Assembly: GCA_947085205.1 (NCBI GenBank)
Contig: CAMTVO010000010.1
Location: 40,983-104,982 of the forward strand
Length of the DNA stretch: 64,000 nucleotides
DNA from: an uncultured Nitrospiraceae bacterium
GTDB lineage: Bacteria; Nitrospirota; Thermodesulfovibrionia; Thermodesulfovibrionales; Dissulfurispiraceae
Reading direction: 5' to 3'
The translations under genes were made by a program, and so were the position numbers. The notes under the pieces are model-generated. The model worked only from the letters and a program-made list of their open reading frames with translations, made no database searches and was not told the DNA's origin. Each line of letters opens with the position of its first letter. The stretch's first letter is position 1. Shown here one piece after another: positions 40,844 through 51,510 of the stretch.

Positions 40844-41035
40844 CTACTTCGCTTCTTCCAGCACTATCTTGTGTCTCAGCAGGGATATTTCTTTGACATA
40901 ACCCTCAAAGGTCTTTTGTTCGCCAAAAAGATTTCTGAGATAGATTTTGCTTCCTTCAGGTATCAGGACATCCACATTTTCGAGATAGAGATATTCCTTG
41001 CCGTCCTTGTAGATATATGCATTTGCTTCGCACAT
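40844..41035 (-). CDS. CooT-family nickel-binding protein
   Basis: MCEANAY...NLFGEQK...HKIVL; AGGAGG RBS. Confidence 0.85.
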   Translation of the reverse strand: MCEANAYIYKDGKEYLYLENVDVLIPEGSKIYLRNLFGEQKTFEGYVKEISLLRHKIVLEEAK

Positions 41036-41092
41036 ATTAATCCTCCTTAAAAACAAATTCCAAATCCCAAATCTCAAACAAACACCAATGGG

Positions 41093-41180
41093 AATAAAGG
41101 GGACGGTTCTATTTAATTGACAAATCAGGCAGTGAAATTATAATTGACAACTCAAATTAAATAGAACCGTCCCCTTTATT
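41093..41180. repeat. REP doublet (REPIN-like) with 26-bp perfect inverted arms
   Basis: AATAAAGGGGACGGTTCTATTTAATT ... AATTAAATAGAACCGTCCCCTTTATT. Confidence 0.85.
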
Positions 41181-41584
41181 TTCTCTTTTATAGTATCTAT
41201 CAGCTTCTCTATCAAATGCGGCAAGGGCTCTTTTGCCGTGCCGATCATCTCTACTCCTTCCTGATTCAGCGGAATCAGAAATTTTTTAGCCGGAGAAGAT
41301 GCTATTGCCTCTGCCATTTTAGGCGTAAGCTCGCCGAGCATTCCGTTTGCCATAACAATGCTTAAAGGTCCGGTTATTATATCTACCCTGCTCGAATTCC
41401 AGACAATAGCATTTTCTCCGGTAGCTCCTTTGTTTGCCCTTGCCTTCATCATTGCGCTTGTAGCTGTAGAGTTTGTTCCGAGGGCTGTGATTTCGATGTT
41501 GTCTCCGAATTCTTCTCTCAGCATCTTTATGATAAGGCTGCCGATTCCCCCGCCCTGTCCGTCTATAACAGCGATCTTCTTCAT
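41138..41584 (-). CDS. DUF3842-family protein
   Basis: IAVIDGQGGGIG, ALGTN, GATGENA, GELTPKMA. Confidence 0.85.
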   Translation of the reverse strand: MKKIAVIDGQGGGIGSLIIKMLREEFGDNIEITALGTNSTATSAMMKARANKGATGENAIVWNSSRVDIITGPLSIVMANGMLGELTPKMAEAIASSPAKKFLIPLNQEGVEMIGTAKEPLPHLIEKLIDTIKEKIKGTVLFNLSCQL

Positions 41585-41687
41585 AAAAATAAGTATACCC
41601 AAAAGGCAACTTAAAAAACAAAGGTAACCATTCATCCGGTCATTTAAAAGAGTGAACGATTACAAAAAAAGCATGTTATAATTTCTG

Positions 41688-42878
41688 ATGCTCGACATCC
41701 TGAAAATCTTTATTGTCTTTACTGCAATACTTATTTTTCTAAGGCTCAAATGGAACATAGGATACGTCTTGCTTGTTGCATCAGGATTATTGGCAATCCT
41801 TTATCTGATGCCCTTCCCTGAGATACTTTCTACAATCGAATCCACTGTTAAAGACACTGTGACAATAAAATTATTTTTCGCCCTGACACTGATAAGGATT
41901 CTTGAAATGGTATTAAGGGAAAAAGAAGTTCTGGCAAGAATGATGGAGGCATCGAGGACTCTGCTGAAAAGAAAAAAGGCTGTCATCATCTCTATGCCGA
42001 TGTTAATCGGTATGCTTCCATCACTTGGAGGGGCATACTTTTCAGCTCCGATGGTCGATGAATCAACAAAAGGACTCAAAATGTCGCCTGAAGAAAAAGG
42101 CTTTATCAACTACTGGTTCAGGCATCCGTGGGAATACATATTGCCTCTGTATCCCGGAATCCTCCTTGCTTCTGCCGTAACAAAAATCGAGCTCAGAAGC
42201 TTAATATTAGCGAATATGACATATGCTGCCGTTATTTTCATTACAGGCTTTTTATTCAGCATGAGGAATATAAACAGTCAGGAGTCGAGAGTCGAGACTG
42301 TTGACTATAGACTTATGCTGAGCTTTCTGCCTGTTACTTTGGTTTTGATTCTGGTCATGGCGTTTCACATGGAACTTCATTACGCACTTGGAATAACCAT
42401 ATTGCTTTTGTTTATATTTTATAAATTCAGTCCCAGAGACATATTCAGAACATTTAAGTATGGCTTTGCAAAGGATGTAATTGCGATAGTCTTTGGAACA
42501 ATGCTCTTTAAGTTCACAATGGAGAATTCAGGTGCAGTAGCGCATTTAAGTAAATACTTTGCTGAAAAAGGAATCCCACTTCTGCCGGTCTTGTTTATCC
42601 TTCCCTTTGTAAGCGGCATCTTAACGGGCATTACAGTCGGCTTTGTCGGAGGCACATTCCCTCTTTTGATAAGCATCGCAGGAGGCGCACACCTGAATGC
42701 GATGACCTTTGCCTTTGCAGCAGGATTTGTGGGTGTACTGCTATCGCCAGTCCATCTCTGCCTCGTCCTCACCAGGGAATATTTCAAGGCAGACATGTGG
42801 GGCATCTATAAAAAGACCATACCGGGATGCGCAATAATAATGGCAGGGGCATTGATTATGTATTTTATTTTATCCTAA
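41688..42878 (+). CDS. DUF401-family membrane transporter
   Basis: IGMLPSLGGAYFSAPMV, NYWFRHPWE, SPVHLCL. Confidence 0.85.
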   Translation: MLDILKIFIVFTAILIFLRLKWNIGYVLLVASGLLAILYLMPFPEILSTIESTVKDTVTIKLFFALTLIRILEMVLREKEVLARMMEASRTLLKRKKAVIISMPMLIGMLPSLGGAYFSAPMVDESTKGLKMSPEEKGFINYWFRHPWEYILPLYPGILLASAVTKIELRSLILANMTYAAVIFITGFLFSMRNINSQESRVETVDYRLMLSFLPVTLVLILVMAFHMELHYALGITILLLFIFYKFSPRDIFRTFKYGFAKDVIAIVFGTMLFKFTMENSGAVAHLSKYFAEKGIPLLPVLFILPFVSGILTGITVGFVGGTFPLLISIAGGAHLNAMTFAFAAGFVGVLLSPVHLCLVLTREYFKADMWGIYKKTIPGCAIIMAGALIMYFILS

Positions 42879-42952
42879 AAAGAATAAATTTCATATTTCC
42901 TATTTGTCTTTGTCAATTTGAAGCATGCATGCTCTCCATAAAATCGCTCAAT

Positions 42953-43924
42953 TTAACTGTTAAGGATCTTTGCTGCGTCTTTTGCAAAATAGGTGAGGAT
43001 AAGGTCAGCGCCTGCCCTTTTTATGGATGTGAGGATCTCCATCATCACCCTCGTCTCGTCAACCCATCCGAGTTTTGCAGCGGCTTTGACAAGCGAATAT
43101 TCTCCGCTCACATTATATGCTGCCACAGGAACAGCAAAGGACGACTTTATGTCAGAGATAATATCAAGGTAGGAAAGCGCCGGCTTGACCATTACAATAT
43201 CAGCGCCTTCTTCAATATCGAAGGCTGCTTCTTTCAATGCCTCGCGTCTGTTTGCAGGGTCCATCTGGTATGAGCGCCTGTCGCCAAACTGCGGAGTGGA
43301 TTCTGCCGCCTCCCTGAACGGCCCGTAAAATGCAGATGCATATTTTGCTGCATAGGACATTATTGGAATTTCACCGAAACCCTCTCTGTCGAGAGCTGTC
43401 CTTATTGCAGCAACCCTTCCGTCCATCATGTCAGAAGGCGCAACCATATTAGCTCCGGCCTTTGCATGCGATACAGCCTCCATTGCAAGGAGGCCGAGGG
43501 TTTTATCGTTGTTCACATCCCCTTTTTCTATAACACCGCAGTGTCCGTGGCTTGTGTATTCGCACATGCAGACATCTGTAATTACATAAAGTTCCGGAAC
43601 TGCGTCCTTGATGGCTTTAATCGCATTCTGAACAACACCATTGTCGTCATAGGCGCTGGTTCCAAGCTCGTCTTTATGTTCGGGTATGCCGAAGAGTATT
43701 ATTGCAGATATGCCGAGTGAGTGGACTTCTTTTGCATTTTTGACTATTTCGTCAACGGATTCCTGATAGCAGCCGGGCATTGAGGAAATTCCCTTTTTTA
43801 CACCCTTTCCGTAAGTCACAAAGAGGGGATAGATAAAGTCATCAGGAGAAAGGGATGTCTGCCTCACCATCCTCCTGATGGTCTCGTTCTTTCTTAATCT
43901 CCTGCACCTGTGTACAGGAAACAT
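42953..43924 (-). CDS. hemB: Porphobilinogen synthase
   Basis: [39 protein letters not shown]. Confidence 0.97.
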   Translation of the reverse strand: MFPVHRCRRLRKNETIRRMVRQTSLSPDDFIYPLFVTYGKGVKKGISSMPGCYQESVDEIVKNAKEVHSLGISAIILFGIPEHKDELGTSAYDDNGVVQNAIKAIKDAVPELYVITDVCMCEYTSHGHCGVIEKGDVNNDKTLGLLAMEAVSHAKAGANMVAPSDMMDGRVAAIRTALDREGFGEIPIMSYAAKYASAFYGPFREAAESTPQFGDRRSYQMDPANRREALKEAAFDIEEGADIVMVKPALSYLDIISDIKSSFAVPVAAYNVSGEYSLVKAAAKLGWVDETRVMMEILTSIKRAGADLILTYFAKDAAKILNS

Positions 43925-43925
43925 C

Positions 43926-44270
43926 TTATCCGCAGCTGCTGCAGCCTGAACTGCAGGATGAACCAGATGCCGAACCGGATGATAATCCAGCGCCGCCGCT
44001 GAGTATAAAGCCTTCCCTCTCGCCGTCATCGTAATAGTCAAGCTGCATTCCGGTTAAAGCCGGTAGCGTGTTCTTATCAACGAATATCCTGAGGCCGTTC
44101 TTTTCAATTACCTCGTCATCGACTGACGGCCTTTCGTCTATATCGAGGCCGTATGAAGGACCGCAGCATCCTCCGTCGGCATTATAGATTCTGAGACCCC
44201 AGCTATCTTTTCCTTCTGCTGCAAGAATGGCTGTTGCCTTTTCTGCAGCCTTGTCTGTGATTGTAACCAC
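43926..44270 (-). CDS. HesB/IscA-family Fe-S carrier
   Basis: ITDKA, GLRI..GGCCG, C-terminal CSSGCSSCG. Confidence 0.85.
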   Translation of the reverse strand: MVTITDKAAEKATAILAAEGKDSWGLRIYNADGGCCGPSYGLDIDERPSVDDEVIEKNGLRIFVDKNTLPALTGMQLDYYDDGEREGFILSGGAGLSSGSASGSSCSSGCSSCG

Positions 44271-44383
44271 TTCATAACCTCCAAAAATTTGATACTTATA
44301 GCATAAAAAATTATTCCTTCAAAAAGCAAATTTGCAAATTTTGACTTTTGACCTTTCCCTTTTAGATAGGATATTTTATATAC

Positions 44384-45451
44384 TTGTTCATGTTACTGAT
44401 ACATAGGTCAATTCTGAAGGAGCTTCTGTCCTCGTTCCTGCTGTCCATCCTTTTCCTGAACTCCACGCTCATGATGGAAAAGCTCTTGAAGTTGAGCAGA
44501 ATGCTGTCAGGGGTCGGCGCATCCATTGCCGACATCACACAAATAATCCTTTATCTCCAGCCGCAACTGCTTATACTTACGATACCTATGGCAATGCTCC
44601 TGTCTGTGCTTCTTACATACGGAAGGATGAATGCAGACAATGAACTGATTATTCTCCGAAGCAGCGGCATGTCTTTTAGAAGTTTATCCTTGCCTGTTGT
44701 GTATCTGGGACTGGCATGTTTTGTCATCAGTCTTGCCATGAGCTTTTATCTCAGCCCAAAGGGAAGCTCTCTGTTGAGGGGAAAGGTGGCGGAGATACTG
44801 ATCACAAGAGCGCCAATGACCATAGAGGAGGGAATCTTTAATACATCATTCAAAGACATAATTATTCTGGTTAAAGAAAAACCAGCGCCTGACAGGCTTT
44901 CGGGAATATTCATTGTTGATGAAAGGAAAAAGGAAGAGCAGAAAGTAATCGTTGCAAAAGAAGGAAAGATAGTCCCTGAAAACGAGTCGCTGAGCTTTTC
45001 CTTAAGCAGCGGCCACATTTATATAACAAAGAAAGCGATATTTACAGATATAGCCTTCGGCAAGTACCACTTTGAACTGAATCCATTTGTTGAATCTGCG
45101 GAGAAAAAGAACAGAGAACTAATGCCGTTAGAGCTGCTGAAGGCAGCAAAAGAGGCGCCCGACAAAAAGATTCAGGTCTTTCTTGAATTCCACAGGCGGC
45201 TTTCTATGCCCGCAATATGCCTGATAATAATACTCTTGGGCCCGTCCCTTTCCCTTATGGCAGGGAAATCAGGGAGGCTTGGGGGACTTACAGTGGGATT
45301 GTCGGTGTTTGCGGTTTATTACACTTTGATGCTTTATGGAGAAAATCTTGCGCGGTCGGAAAAACTTCCGCACATAGCAGGCGCATGGATGTCATTTGTC
45401 ATACTTGGGGTGTTTTCGCTTTTTATATTTGAAAGGGTGAATAAGAAATAA
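44384..45451 (+). CDS. lptF: LPS export permease LptF
   Basis: YjgP/Q-family motif GRMNADNEL...SSG; adjacent to lptG. Confidence 0.88.
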   Translation: MFMLLIHRSILKELLSSFLLSILFLNSTLMMEKLLKLSRMLSGVGASIADITQIILYLQPQLLILTIPMAMLLSVLLTYGRMNADNELIILRSSGMSFRSLSLPVVYLGLACFVISLAMSFYLSPKGSSLLRGKVAEILITRAPMTIEEGIFNTSFKDIIILVKEKPAPDRLSGIFIVDERKKEEQKVIVAKEGKIVPENESLSFSLSSGHIYITKKAIFTDIAFGKYHFELNPFVESAEKKNRELMPLELLKAAKEAPDKKIQVFLEFHRRLSMPAICLIIILLGPSLSLMAGKSGRLGGLTVGLSVFAVYYTLMLYGENLARSEKLPHIAGAWMSFVILGVFSLFIFERVNKK

Positions 45452-46573
45452 ATGCTGATAATACAGAAACTATACATAAAAGAGTTCTTGAAAGTCCTCT
45501 TAATCCTCGGCATCGGGATATCCGGTGTCTTCAGCATCATAGGACTCATCGACAAGATAGACGACTTCATGCCGCACAAGCCTCCATTCGGCTTGCTTAT
45601 GAAATATACTTTTTTAAGCATTCCAAAATACACCCATTATCTCCTGCCGATGGCGATTCTTCTGAGCAGCCTCTTTATATTTTCACAGGCGATTAAACGC
45701 AAGGAGATTGTCGCAATAAAGGCTGCTGCGGGAAAGATGAAGAGCATTCTTGCGCCATTTATTGCAATCGGCGTAATACTTACTCTTTTCGGCTTTGTCC
45801 TCGGCGAGATTATTGTTCCCACTACATCCAAAAGGCTTCATGCCATTAAAAACAAGATAACTAAAAAAGAAAAAGGGGTGACCTTTAAAGAAGGAGCTCT
45901 CTATATGAGGGGAAAAGACGGCTCCATCGTGAGAATATCCCTCTATCTTCCTGATAAAAACATCTCAAAAGGCGTCAGCATCTTTAAATTTGACGAAGAA
46001 GGGCTAAAGGAGAGGATAGATGCTGAGACTGCGGAATGGGAAGGAAATACATGGAAGCTAAAAGACGTAACGCTTTATGACATGGCAAAGGGCAAAACCA
46101 TGGCAATAAAAGAGATGACTTATCCTGCCATAGAATCTCCGAAGATATTTCAGGAAGACATGTGGAAGGTCGAGGAGATGACCATGATGGAGCTTCTGAA
46201 ATATCAGAAAAGACTGAGCGAGGCGGGATTTAAGAATATAAAATTGAGCGTGGATATAAGTTCAAGGCTGTCTTACCCGTTGATAAACTTTTTCATGCTC
46301 CTGCTCGGCATATCTCTCTCCATAGGCGGCGACTTTGCAGAGCAGAGGGTCTTGCAGATTTTCTCCTCGCAGAAGATAAAGGAAGGGACCGTGGGAAGCG
46401 GCATCATTGCAGCAGGCCTTGGACTATTGATAAGCCTTATTTATTGGTTCAGTTATTCTCTTTTCTTATCACTCGGATATGCAGGAACAATTCCGCCGAT
46501 TATTGCGCCGTGGATTGTTCCTGCAATATTCGCAGTTGTTTCTATACATCTTTACACTCAAATACCGGAGTAA
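45452..46573 (+). CDS. lptG: LPS export permease LptG
   Basis: EIVAIKAAAG, 3+3 TM architecture, AW-P-like end. Confidence 0.88.
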   Translation: MLIIQKLYIKEFLKVLLILGIGISGVFSIIGLIDKIDDFMPHKPPFGLLMKYTFLSIPKYTHYLLPMAILLSSLFIFSQAIKRKEIVAIKAAAGKMKSILAPFIAIGVILTLFGFVLGEIIVPTTSKRLHAIKNKITKKEKGVTFKEGALYMRGKDGSIVRISLYLPDKNISKGVSIFKFDEEGLKERIDAETAEWEGNTWKLKDVTLYDMAKGKTMAIKEMTYPAIESPKIFQEDMWKVEEMTMMELLKYQKRLSEAGFKNIKLSVDISSRLSYPLINFFMLLLGISLSIGGDFAEQRVLQIFSSQKIKEGTVGSGIIAAGLGLLISLIYWFSYSLFLSLGYAGTIPPIIAPWIVPAIFAVVSIHLYTQIPE

Positions 46574-47259
46574 CCCTCCTTCATTATCTCAACACCTGCA
46601 CTTGTCCCTATCCTTGTAGCTCCTGCTTTTATAAAGTTCAAGACCTGAGATAAGGTCTTTATTCCGCCGGCTGCCTTTACCTCTGCCCTGTCTGCTAAAA
46701 TCTTTTTAATGAGCTTCACATCCCTTATGGTTGCGCCTTTTGTGCCAAAGCCTGTTGATGTCTTAATGAACTTTGCGCCGAATAGAGATGCGATTTTCGT
46801 GGCTGCAATCTTTTCCTCTTCTGTGAGATAGCAAGTCTCGACGATAACCTTGTGCACAGCGGATTTTGTGGAAGAGATGATTTCTAAAATCTCCTCTCCG
46901 ATATAATCCCAGTTGCCTGACTTTGCAGCGCCGATGTTCATCACAATATCAAGCTCGTCTGCTCCGTAAATGACTGCTTGTTTTGCCTCATGGATTTTTA
47001 CATCTTTTACGGTCATTCCTAATGGAAATCCTATGACGGTTGTAACTTTTGTGTCGTATCCTTTTAGTATTGCATTGCAGAGAGGCACAAAATAAGGATT
47101 TACGCAAACAGAATAAAAGTTGTATTTTATTGCGGACGTGCACAATTTGATGATATCCGCCTCTGTTGCCTGCGGTTTTAAAAGGCTCTGGTCTATGAAC
47201 CTTGCAATTTCATTCCCAGAGAGACGGGCCTTCTCCCTTTTTCTCTTTGACATATCCAA
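46558..47259 (-). CDS. deoC: Deoxyribose-phosphate aldolase
   Basis: VIGFPLG, GADELD, KTSTGF, VKAAGGI, RIGTS. Confidence 0.95.
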   Translation of the reverse strand: MDMSKRKREKARLSGNEIARFIDQSLLKPQATEADIIKLCTSAIKYNFYSVCVNPYFVPLCNAILKGYDTKVTTVIGFPLGMTVKDVKIHEAKQAVIYGADELDIVMNIGAAKSGNWDYIGEEILEIISSTKSAVHKVIVETCYLTEEEKIAATKIASLFGAKFIKTSTGFGTKGATIRDVKLIKKILADRAEVKAAGGIKTLSQVLNFIKAGATRIGTSAGVEIMKEGYSGI

Positions 47260-48094
47260 GCACCTCTTGTCTGTATTTTTTCAGGAGCAGTCTCAATACA
47301 TCCCCGACCTTGAAATTAGTCTTATCGACCCTGCAAACCGGCATTACCTCCATCGTGGTATTTGTTATAAAAACCTCGGATGCACGATACAGTTCATCTT
47401 GAGTGAATGCTCCCTCTTTCACTTCGACCCCATTTTTTATTGCAAGGTCTATAACCATTGCCCTTGTTATGCCGTCGAGGATTCCGCATTCTACAGAGGG
47501 CGTGCATAAAATCCCATCCTTAATAAAAAAGATATTGCTTATGGTTCCTTCTGTGAGATGACCTGAAGCATTCAACATTATTGCCTCATAAACATCTGCC
47601 TGCTTTGCCTCTATCTTTGCAAGGATGTTGTTCAGAAAATTAAGTGATTTAATCTGCGGATTCAACGCCTCTTTCAGATTCCTTCTGACATCGGCGATGA
47701 TTAATTTTATTCCATCTTCATAATACGCCTTTGGATAATTCTTGAATTCGTTTGTTATTACAACAAATGTCGGTTCCTTGCAAAGGTCGGGATCAAGACC
47801 TATCGGGCCTTGTCCTCTGGATACTGTTAATCTGACATACGCATTTGTCAGTTTATTTGCCTGCAGGGTTTCGTAGATTGCGATTTTTATATCAGGTATG
47901 TTTTTGGGGATATCAAGGCCAATGAATGACGCAGAACGGTAAAGCCTCTGAAGATGCTCATCCAGCATAAAGACCACGCCGTCATATACGCGCATGGTCT
48001 CGTATATACCGTCTCCGTATAAAAAACCGTGGTCGAATACAGAGACCATTGCCTCTGATGCCGGAACAATCTTGTCGTTGAGATATACAAACAT
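47210..48094 (-). CDS. ilvE: Branched-chain amino acid aminotransferase (class IV)
   Basis: DHGFLYGDGIYE, KSLNFLNN, EGTISN, LDGITR. Confidence 0.88.
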   Translation of the reverse strand: MFVYLNDKIVPASEAMVSVFDHGFLYGDGIYETMRVYDGVVFMLDEHLQRLYRSASFIGLDIPKNIPDIKIAIYETLQANKLTNAYVRLTVSRGQGPIGLDPDLCKEPTFVVITNEFKNYPKAYYEDGIKLIIADVRRNLKEALNPQIKSLNFLNNILAKIEAKQADVYEAIMLNASGHLTEGTISNIFFIKDGILCTPSVECGILDGITRAMVIDLAIKNGVEVKEGAFTQDELYRASEVFITNTTMEVMPVCRVDKTNFKVGDVLRLLLKKYRQEVLGYVKEKKGEGPSLWE

Positions 48095-48096
48095 TT

Positions 48097-48441
48097 TTAA
48101 AACGCCTCCGCTATATGGTTTACTTCTGCATTTTTGTCTCTGGATATGATGCTCACAACATCAAACCTTACAGGTGATTCTATTCTATTGTGCTTTAAAT
48201 AATAAAGGGCGATCTTTTTGAGCTTCTCCTGTTTTCTGTAATCCACTGCCTCAAAGGGCTGGCCAAAGGCACCGCTGCTTCTTGCCTTCACCTCCACAAA
48301 TACAATCGTATCCTTGTCTTTAACAATGATATCCGCTTCGCCCAAAGGTGTTTTATAGTTACGATGGAGAATCTTATAGCCCTTTTTCTTTAAATAATTT
48401 GCGGCGATATCTTCGCCTGTTGAACCGAGGGGTTTCATCAA
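48097..48441 (-). CDS. YraN-family protein
   Basis: GEDIA, GEADI, VFVEVKAR, RFDV. Confidence 0.92.
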   Translation of the reverse strand: MMKPLGSTGEDIAANYLKKKGYKILHRNYKTPLGEADIIVKDKDTIVFVEVKARSSGAFGQPFEAVDYRKQEKLKKIALYYLKHNRIESPVRFDVVSIISRDKNAEVNHIAEAF

Positions 48442-48875
48442 ATATCACCCAAGAAGCCTTCCATCTCTTTGTCTTTGCCGACCTTCACTTCCTCTCCTGC
48501 AAGCCTTTCAAGGAGCGCTGGAATTCCTTCAATGTCCTTAATATCCTTCTGGCAGAGGATCTTTATTATTTCTCTGAATGGCGCAAATTCTTCCCAATGC
48601 CCCTTCAAATGCCCTGATAATGTTTTATAAAGGCTATCTCCCTTTTCATCCCAGTCCATGAGGAGGATTATCCTGTGAAATCTTTCAGTAATATCCTCAC
48701 AAAACTCATACATTCCCTTGCCACCATGAAGAACTATTATTTCACCAATGAGTCCTATTCTTCTCAAGGCGCGGACATCCCTTTTGCCCTCGACAATAAT
48801 TGGAATGCGCTTATTTACCTCATAGAGAGCCTCAAAGACCTCTTTCAGCCTTTCCGCCCTTTCAAAATCGTTCAT
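48438..48875 (-). CDS. Small TOPRIM-domain protein
   Basis: IIVEGKRD...LMDWDEKG. Confidence 0.8.
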   Translation of the reverse strand: MNDFERAERLKEVFEALYEVNKRIPIIVEGKRDVRALRRIGLIGEIIVLHGGKGMYEFCEDITERFHRIILLMDWDEKGDSLYKTLSGHLKGHWEEFAPFREIIKILCQKDIKDIEGIPALLERLAGEEVKVGKDKEMEGFLGDI

Positions 48876-48908
48876 ACTCTTTCCTCATGGCATGTCTGCC
48901 ATAGCAAA

Positions 48909-49139
48909 CTACTCCACTGCCACAAATGTCTCTGTGCGATTTATTCCTTTTATCCTTCTTATTTTCTTAATAATCTTGTCAAATATCTCGGCTGCATCCT
49001 TAGCCTCTAAAACAGCTATGATGTCATAATGGCCTGTGACAACATCAGCATTTACAACACCTTTTATACCCATTAGTGTATCCCTTATGGATACATCCTT
49101 TCCCGGCAATACATTCACAAGCAAATAGACCCGTGCCAT
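48909..49139 (-). CDS. Lrp/AsnC ligand-binding (RAM) domain protein
   Basis: VTGHYDIIA...IKGINRTET. Confidence 0.85.
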   Translation of the reverse strand: MARVYLLVNVLPGKDVSIRDTLMGIKGVVNADVVTGHYDIIAVLEAKDAAEIFDKIIKKIRRIKGINRTETFVAVE

Positions 49140-49204
49140 GACATCCCTCCTGATAGTTTTATTAAAATTATACGATTTTTGCGGCAAATTAGCTAAAGGT
49201 AAAA

Positions 49205-50470
49205 TTAACGGCAGGTAGCTGGCTCTAATAGATAGCCAAATCTCTTCTTGAATTCCTCAGGTGTTAAATTCGCTGTCTTTGCGAGGCGTTCTAAATTCTC
49301 TCCTTCGAAGTCTTCCTTTTCGAGCCTTATCATATATTTTCTTCCAACCTCGTAGGTCTCGGAGGAAATATCAACAGTCCTTACCTTTACCCTTCCTGTG
49401 GCATAATCTATCACCTCTACGAATGGTATGGGCCTCAGGCGTCCTTCAAAAAAGGTTATCATTGAACCTGTGCCTCCCCTTAAAAGATAACGCACAGCGC
49501 CATAGCCGAGATTTCTCGTGTATTCGATGTCGAATGGTATAGGGTCTGCTGCCCGCAATTCATAGCCGATGTTTTTGTCCACTATTGTGACCTTTATACC
49601 GAATGAATCGAGGATATTTTTCACTATGTTTTTAAGCACCCTGCCGAGTTGGATTTCTGAAAGCCTTATCCTGCCTGTCTCATCCTTTTCGAGATGCTCG
49701 AATGTGCTTAATTCTTCAAGGTCGAACTTTTCTGCTATTCCCTCTGCAAGGACTGCAACGCCGTGATCCTTGCCCATAGAGAGCCTTTTTATGATTGAGC
49801 CGGCAAGCATGTCCGCAACTTTTTTAAGAGAAAGCTTTTCTTCGAATTCTTCTGAAATGAGGGTTATTGTTGCGCCTGCTGCCTTTCCCATACCCAGAGC
49901 CAAATGTCCTGCATGCCTTCCCATAGTTGTTATAAAGTACCATCTGCCAGTAGTCTTTGCGTCTTCCATTATGTTTTTGACGATTTCGACCCCCCAGTGC
50001 CTTGCTGTCTGGTACCCGAATGTAGATACGCCTCCGGGCAGAGGAATGTCATTGTCTATGGTTTTGGGTACATGGACGACATTTATAGAGCCTCTCGCCT
50101 CTTTTTCTATCCAGTTTGCCATGAAGAGAGTTCCTTCGCCGCCGATGGTGATGAGATATCGGATTCCGAGCTGCTTGAGGGTGGCCATGAGAACTTTAAA
50201 CTTCTCTTTTACCCTGTCTGGATAGTCACGGGAAGTTCTGAGTATGGAGCCTCCCTGCGTATGTATCCTTGAGACATCGTCTATGGTGAGGGGAATTGCA
50301 CTGCTTTTATCGCCGTTGAATAGGCTCTTAAAACCGCCCATGATTCCCAGAACGCTCTTGCCTTCATTGATTGCCTCAATCGCAGCAGAGCTTATGACGC
50401 CGTTTATTCCCGGCGCAGGCCCTCCGCCGACTATTATACCGACTATGTCCTTAGCTTTACTCGCCCGCAT
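49205..50470 (-). CDS. 6-phosphofructokinase (Pfp-like clade)
   Basis: GGGPAPGIN, IGGEGT, PKTIDND, MGR, GYELR. Confidence 0.9.
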   Translation of the reverse strand: MRASKAKDIVGIIVGGGPAPGINGVISSAAIEAINEGKSVLGIMGGFKSLFNGDKSSAIPLTIDDVSRIHTQGGSILRTSRDYPDRVKEKFKVLMATLKQLGIRYLITIGGEGTLFMANWIEKEARGSINVVHVPKTIDNDIPLPGGVSTFGYQTARHWGVEIVKNIMEDAKTTGRWYFITTMGRHAGHLALGMGKAAGATITLISEEFEEKLSLKKVADMLAGSIIKRLSMGKDHGVAVLAEGIAEKFDLEELSTFEHLEKDETGRIRLSEIQLGRVLKNIVKNILDSFGIKVTIVDKNIGYELRAADPIPFDIEYTRNLGYGAVRYLLRGGTGSMITFFEGRLRPIPFVEVIDYATGRVKVRTVDISSETYEVGRKYMIRLEKEDFEGENLERLAKTANLTPEEFKKRFGYLLEPATCR

Positions 50471-50541
50471 TTTTTAATATCTCCAGAATAAGCGCATCTT
50501 TTAAATAGAAACCTATTTCTTTTAATTTGTCCATTACCGTT

Positions 50542-50796
50542 TCATGCATTCTGAATATCCTGCTGCAATTCTTCAGAACTTAATTCAAAAATAGGCACAC
50601 CGTATCGTGAAAGTGATTGCAGAAAACTTACTCTTGGAATACCTGCAAGTTGAGCGGCCCGTCCTGAAGACAATCTGCGCATCTGGTACAGATGAACAGC
50701 AGCCAGCATACGGATTTCTCTTGAAAACTCTTCAGAGGGTTCCTTTAATGAGATTAACACTTCATCAGGGATATCCAAAACTATTTTTTCCATCAT
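50542..50796 (-). CDS. UPF0175-family putative antitoxin (orphan)
   Basis: LAAVHLY...LSSGRAAQLAGI.RV.F. Confidence 0.85.
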   Translation of the reverse strand: MMEKIVLDIPDEVLISLKEPSEEFSREIRMLAAVHLYQMRRLSSGRAAQLAGIPRVSFLQSLSRYGVPIFELSSEELQQDIQNA

Positions 50797-50811
50797 GCAC
50801 CTCTTTGGTGT

Positions 50812-51510
50812 TTATTTGTTTTCACTTTCAGTTTTTTCGACATTGTCTTTTTTTATAATTTTAGAATCACCGTCTTGGTTGTGCTGTGGATGATATTTAC
50901 CATACGGCAATGAAGACATGGTCATAAAATTTGCTTGTCTTGCTACAGGCATATAATCAGCAGCGGCTGTTTGAACGGCTGTTAGAACTACTTTAACAAG
51001 TAAGCCCGCTAAACCACCGGCACCGCCATCGCTTCCAGTGGTATCAAGCACCATAGTCCCATCATATTTCCATAAGTTTTCTCCAGAAATAGTAGACTTT
51101 AGTGCACAATCTACACTAACTTTCACATTACCGCCTATAACATAATAAGATGTATCCCACTTTAAAATTTTGATATACATTACGGCATCAGCACCAAAAT
51201 ACTGCCTAAACTTCTGCGGAGGAGTATTTATTAGCAATTCTGTATCATAAAATCCTTCATTCTTTAATATCTCCGATGTAACCTCCATGGGGAATACATA
51301 ATAACCCATTAAGCTAAGTGGTTCTGTTACTGTAACGCTATAATATTCTTTTGCATCCGCTGCAGTAGTCTGATTTATCGGAGGTAAAACTAAAATTGAT
51401 AAAGGGCGGTCGGTATACATTTGCGGGAAAGCCTCTTTTTTAGTTGTATAGCTTGCACACCCTGCAGTAAAAATTAACACAAATAATATTAGTACTTTAA
51501 AGAGACGCAT
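50812..51510 (-). CDS. DUF799/GNA1162-family lipoprotein
   Basis: TAGC lipobox, SILVLPPIN, GYYVFP, FGADAV. Confidence 0.85.
   Translation of the reverse strand: MRLFKVLILFVLIFTAGCASYTTKKEAFPQMYTDRPLSILVLPPINQTTAADAKEYYSVTVTEPLSLMGYYVFPMEVTSEILKNEGFYDTELLINTPPQKFRQYFGADAVMYIKILKWDTSYYVIGGNVKVSVDCALKSTISGENLWKYDGTMVLDTTGSDGGAGGLAGLLVKVVLTAVQTAAADYMPVARQANFMTMSSLPYGKYHPQHNQDGDSKIIKKDNVEKTESENK

Noticed and set aside
43926..44270. Selenocysteine in the HesB-like protein
   Set aside because: The GGCCG motif uses TGC codons; there is no in-frame TGA.
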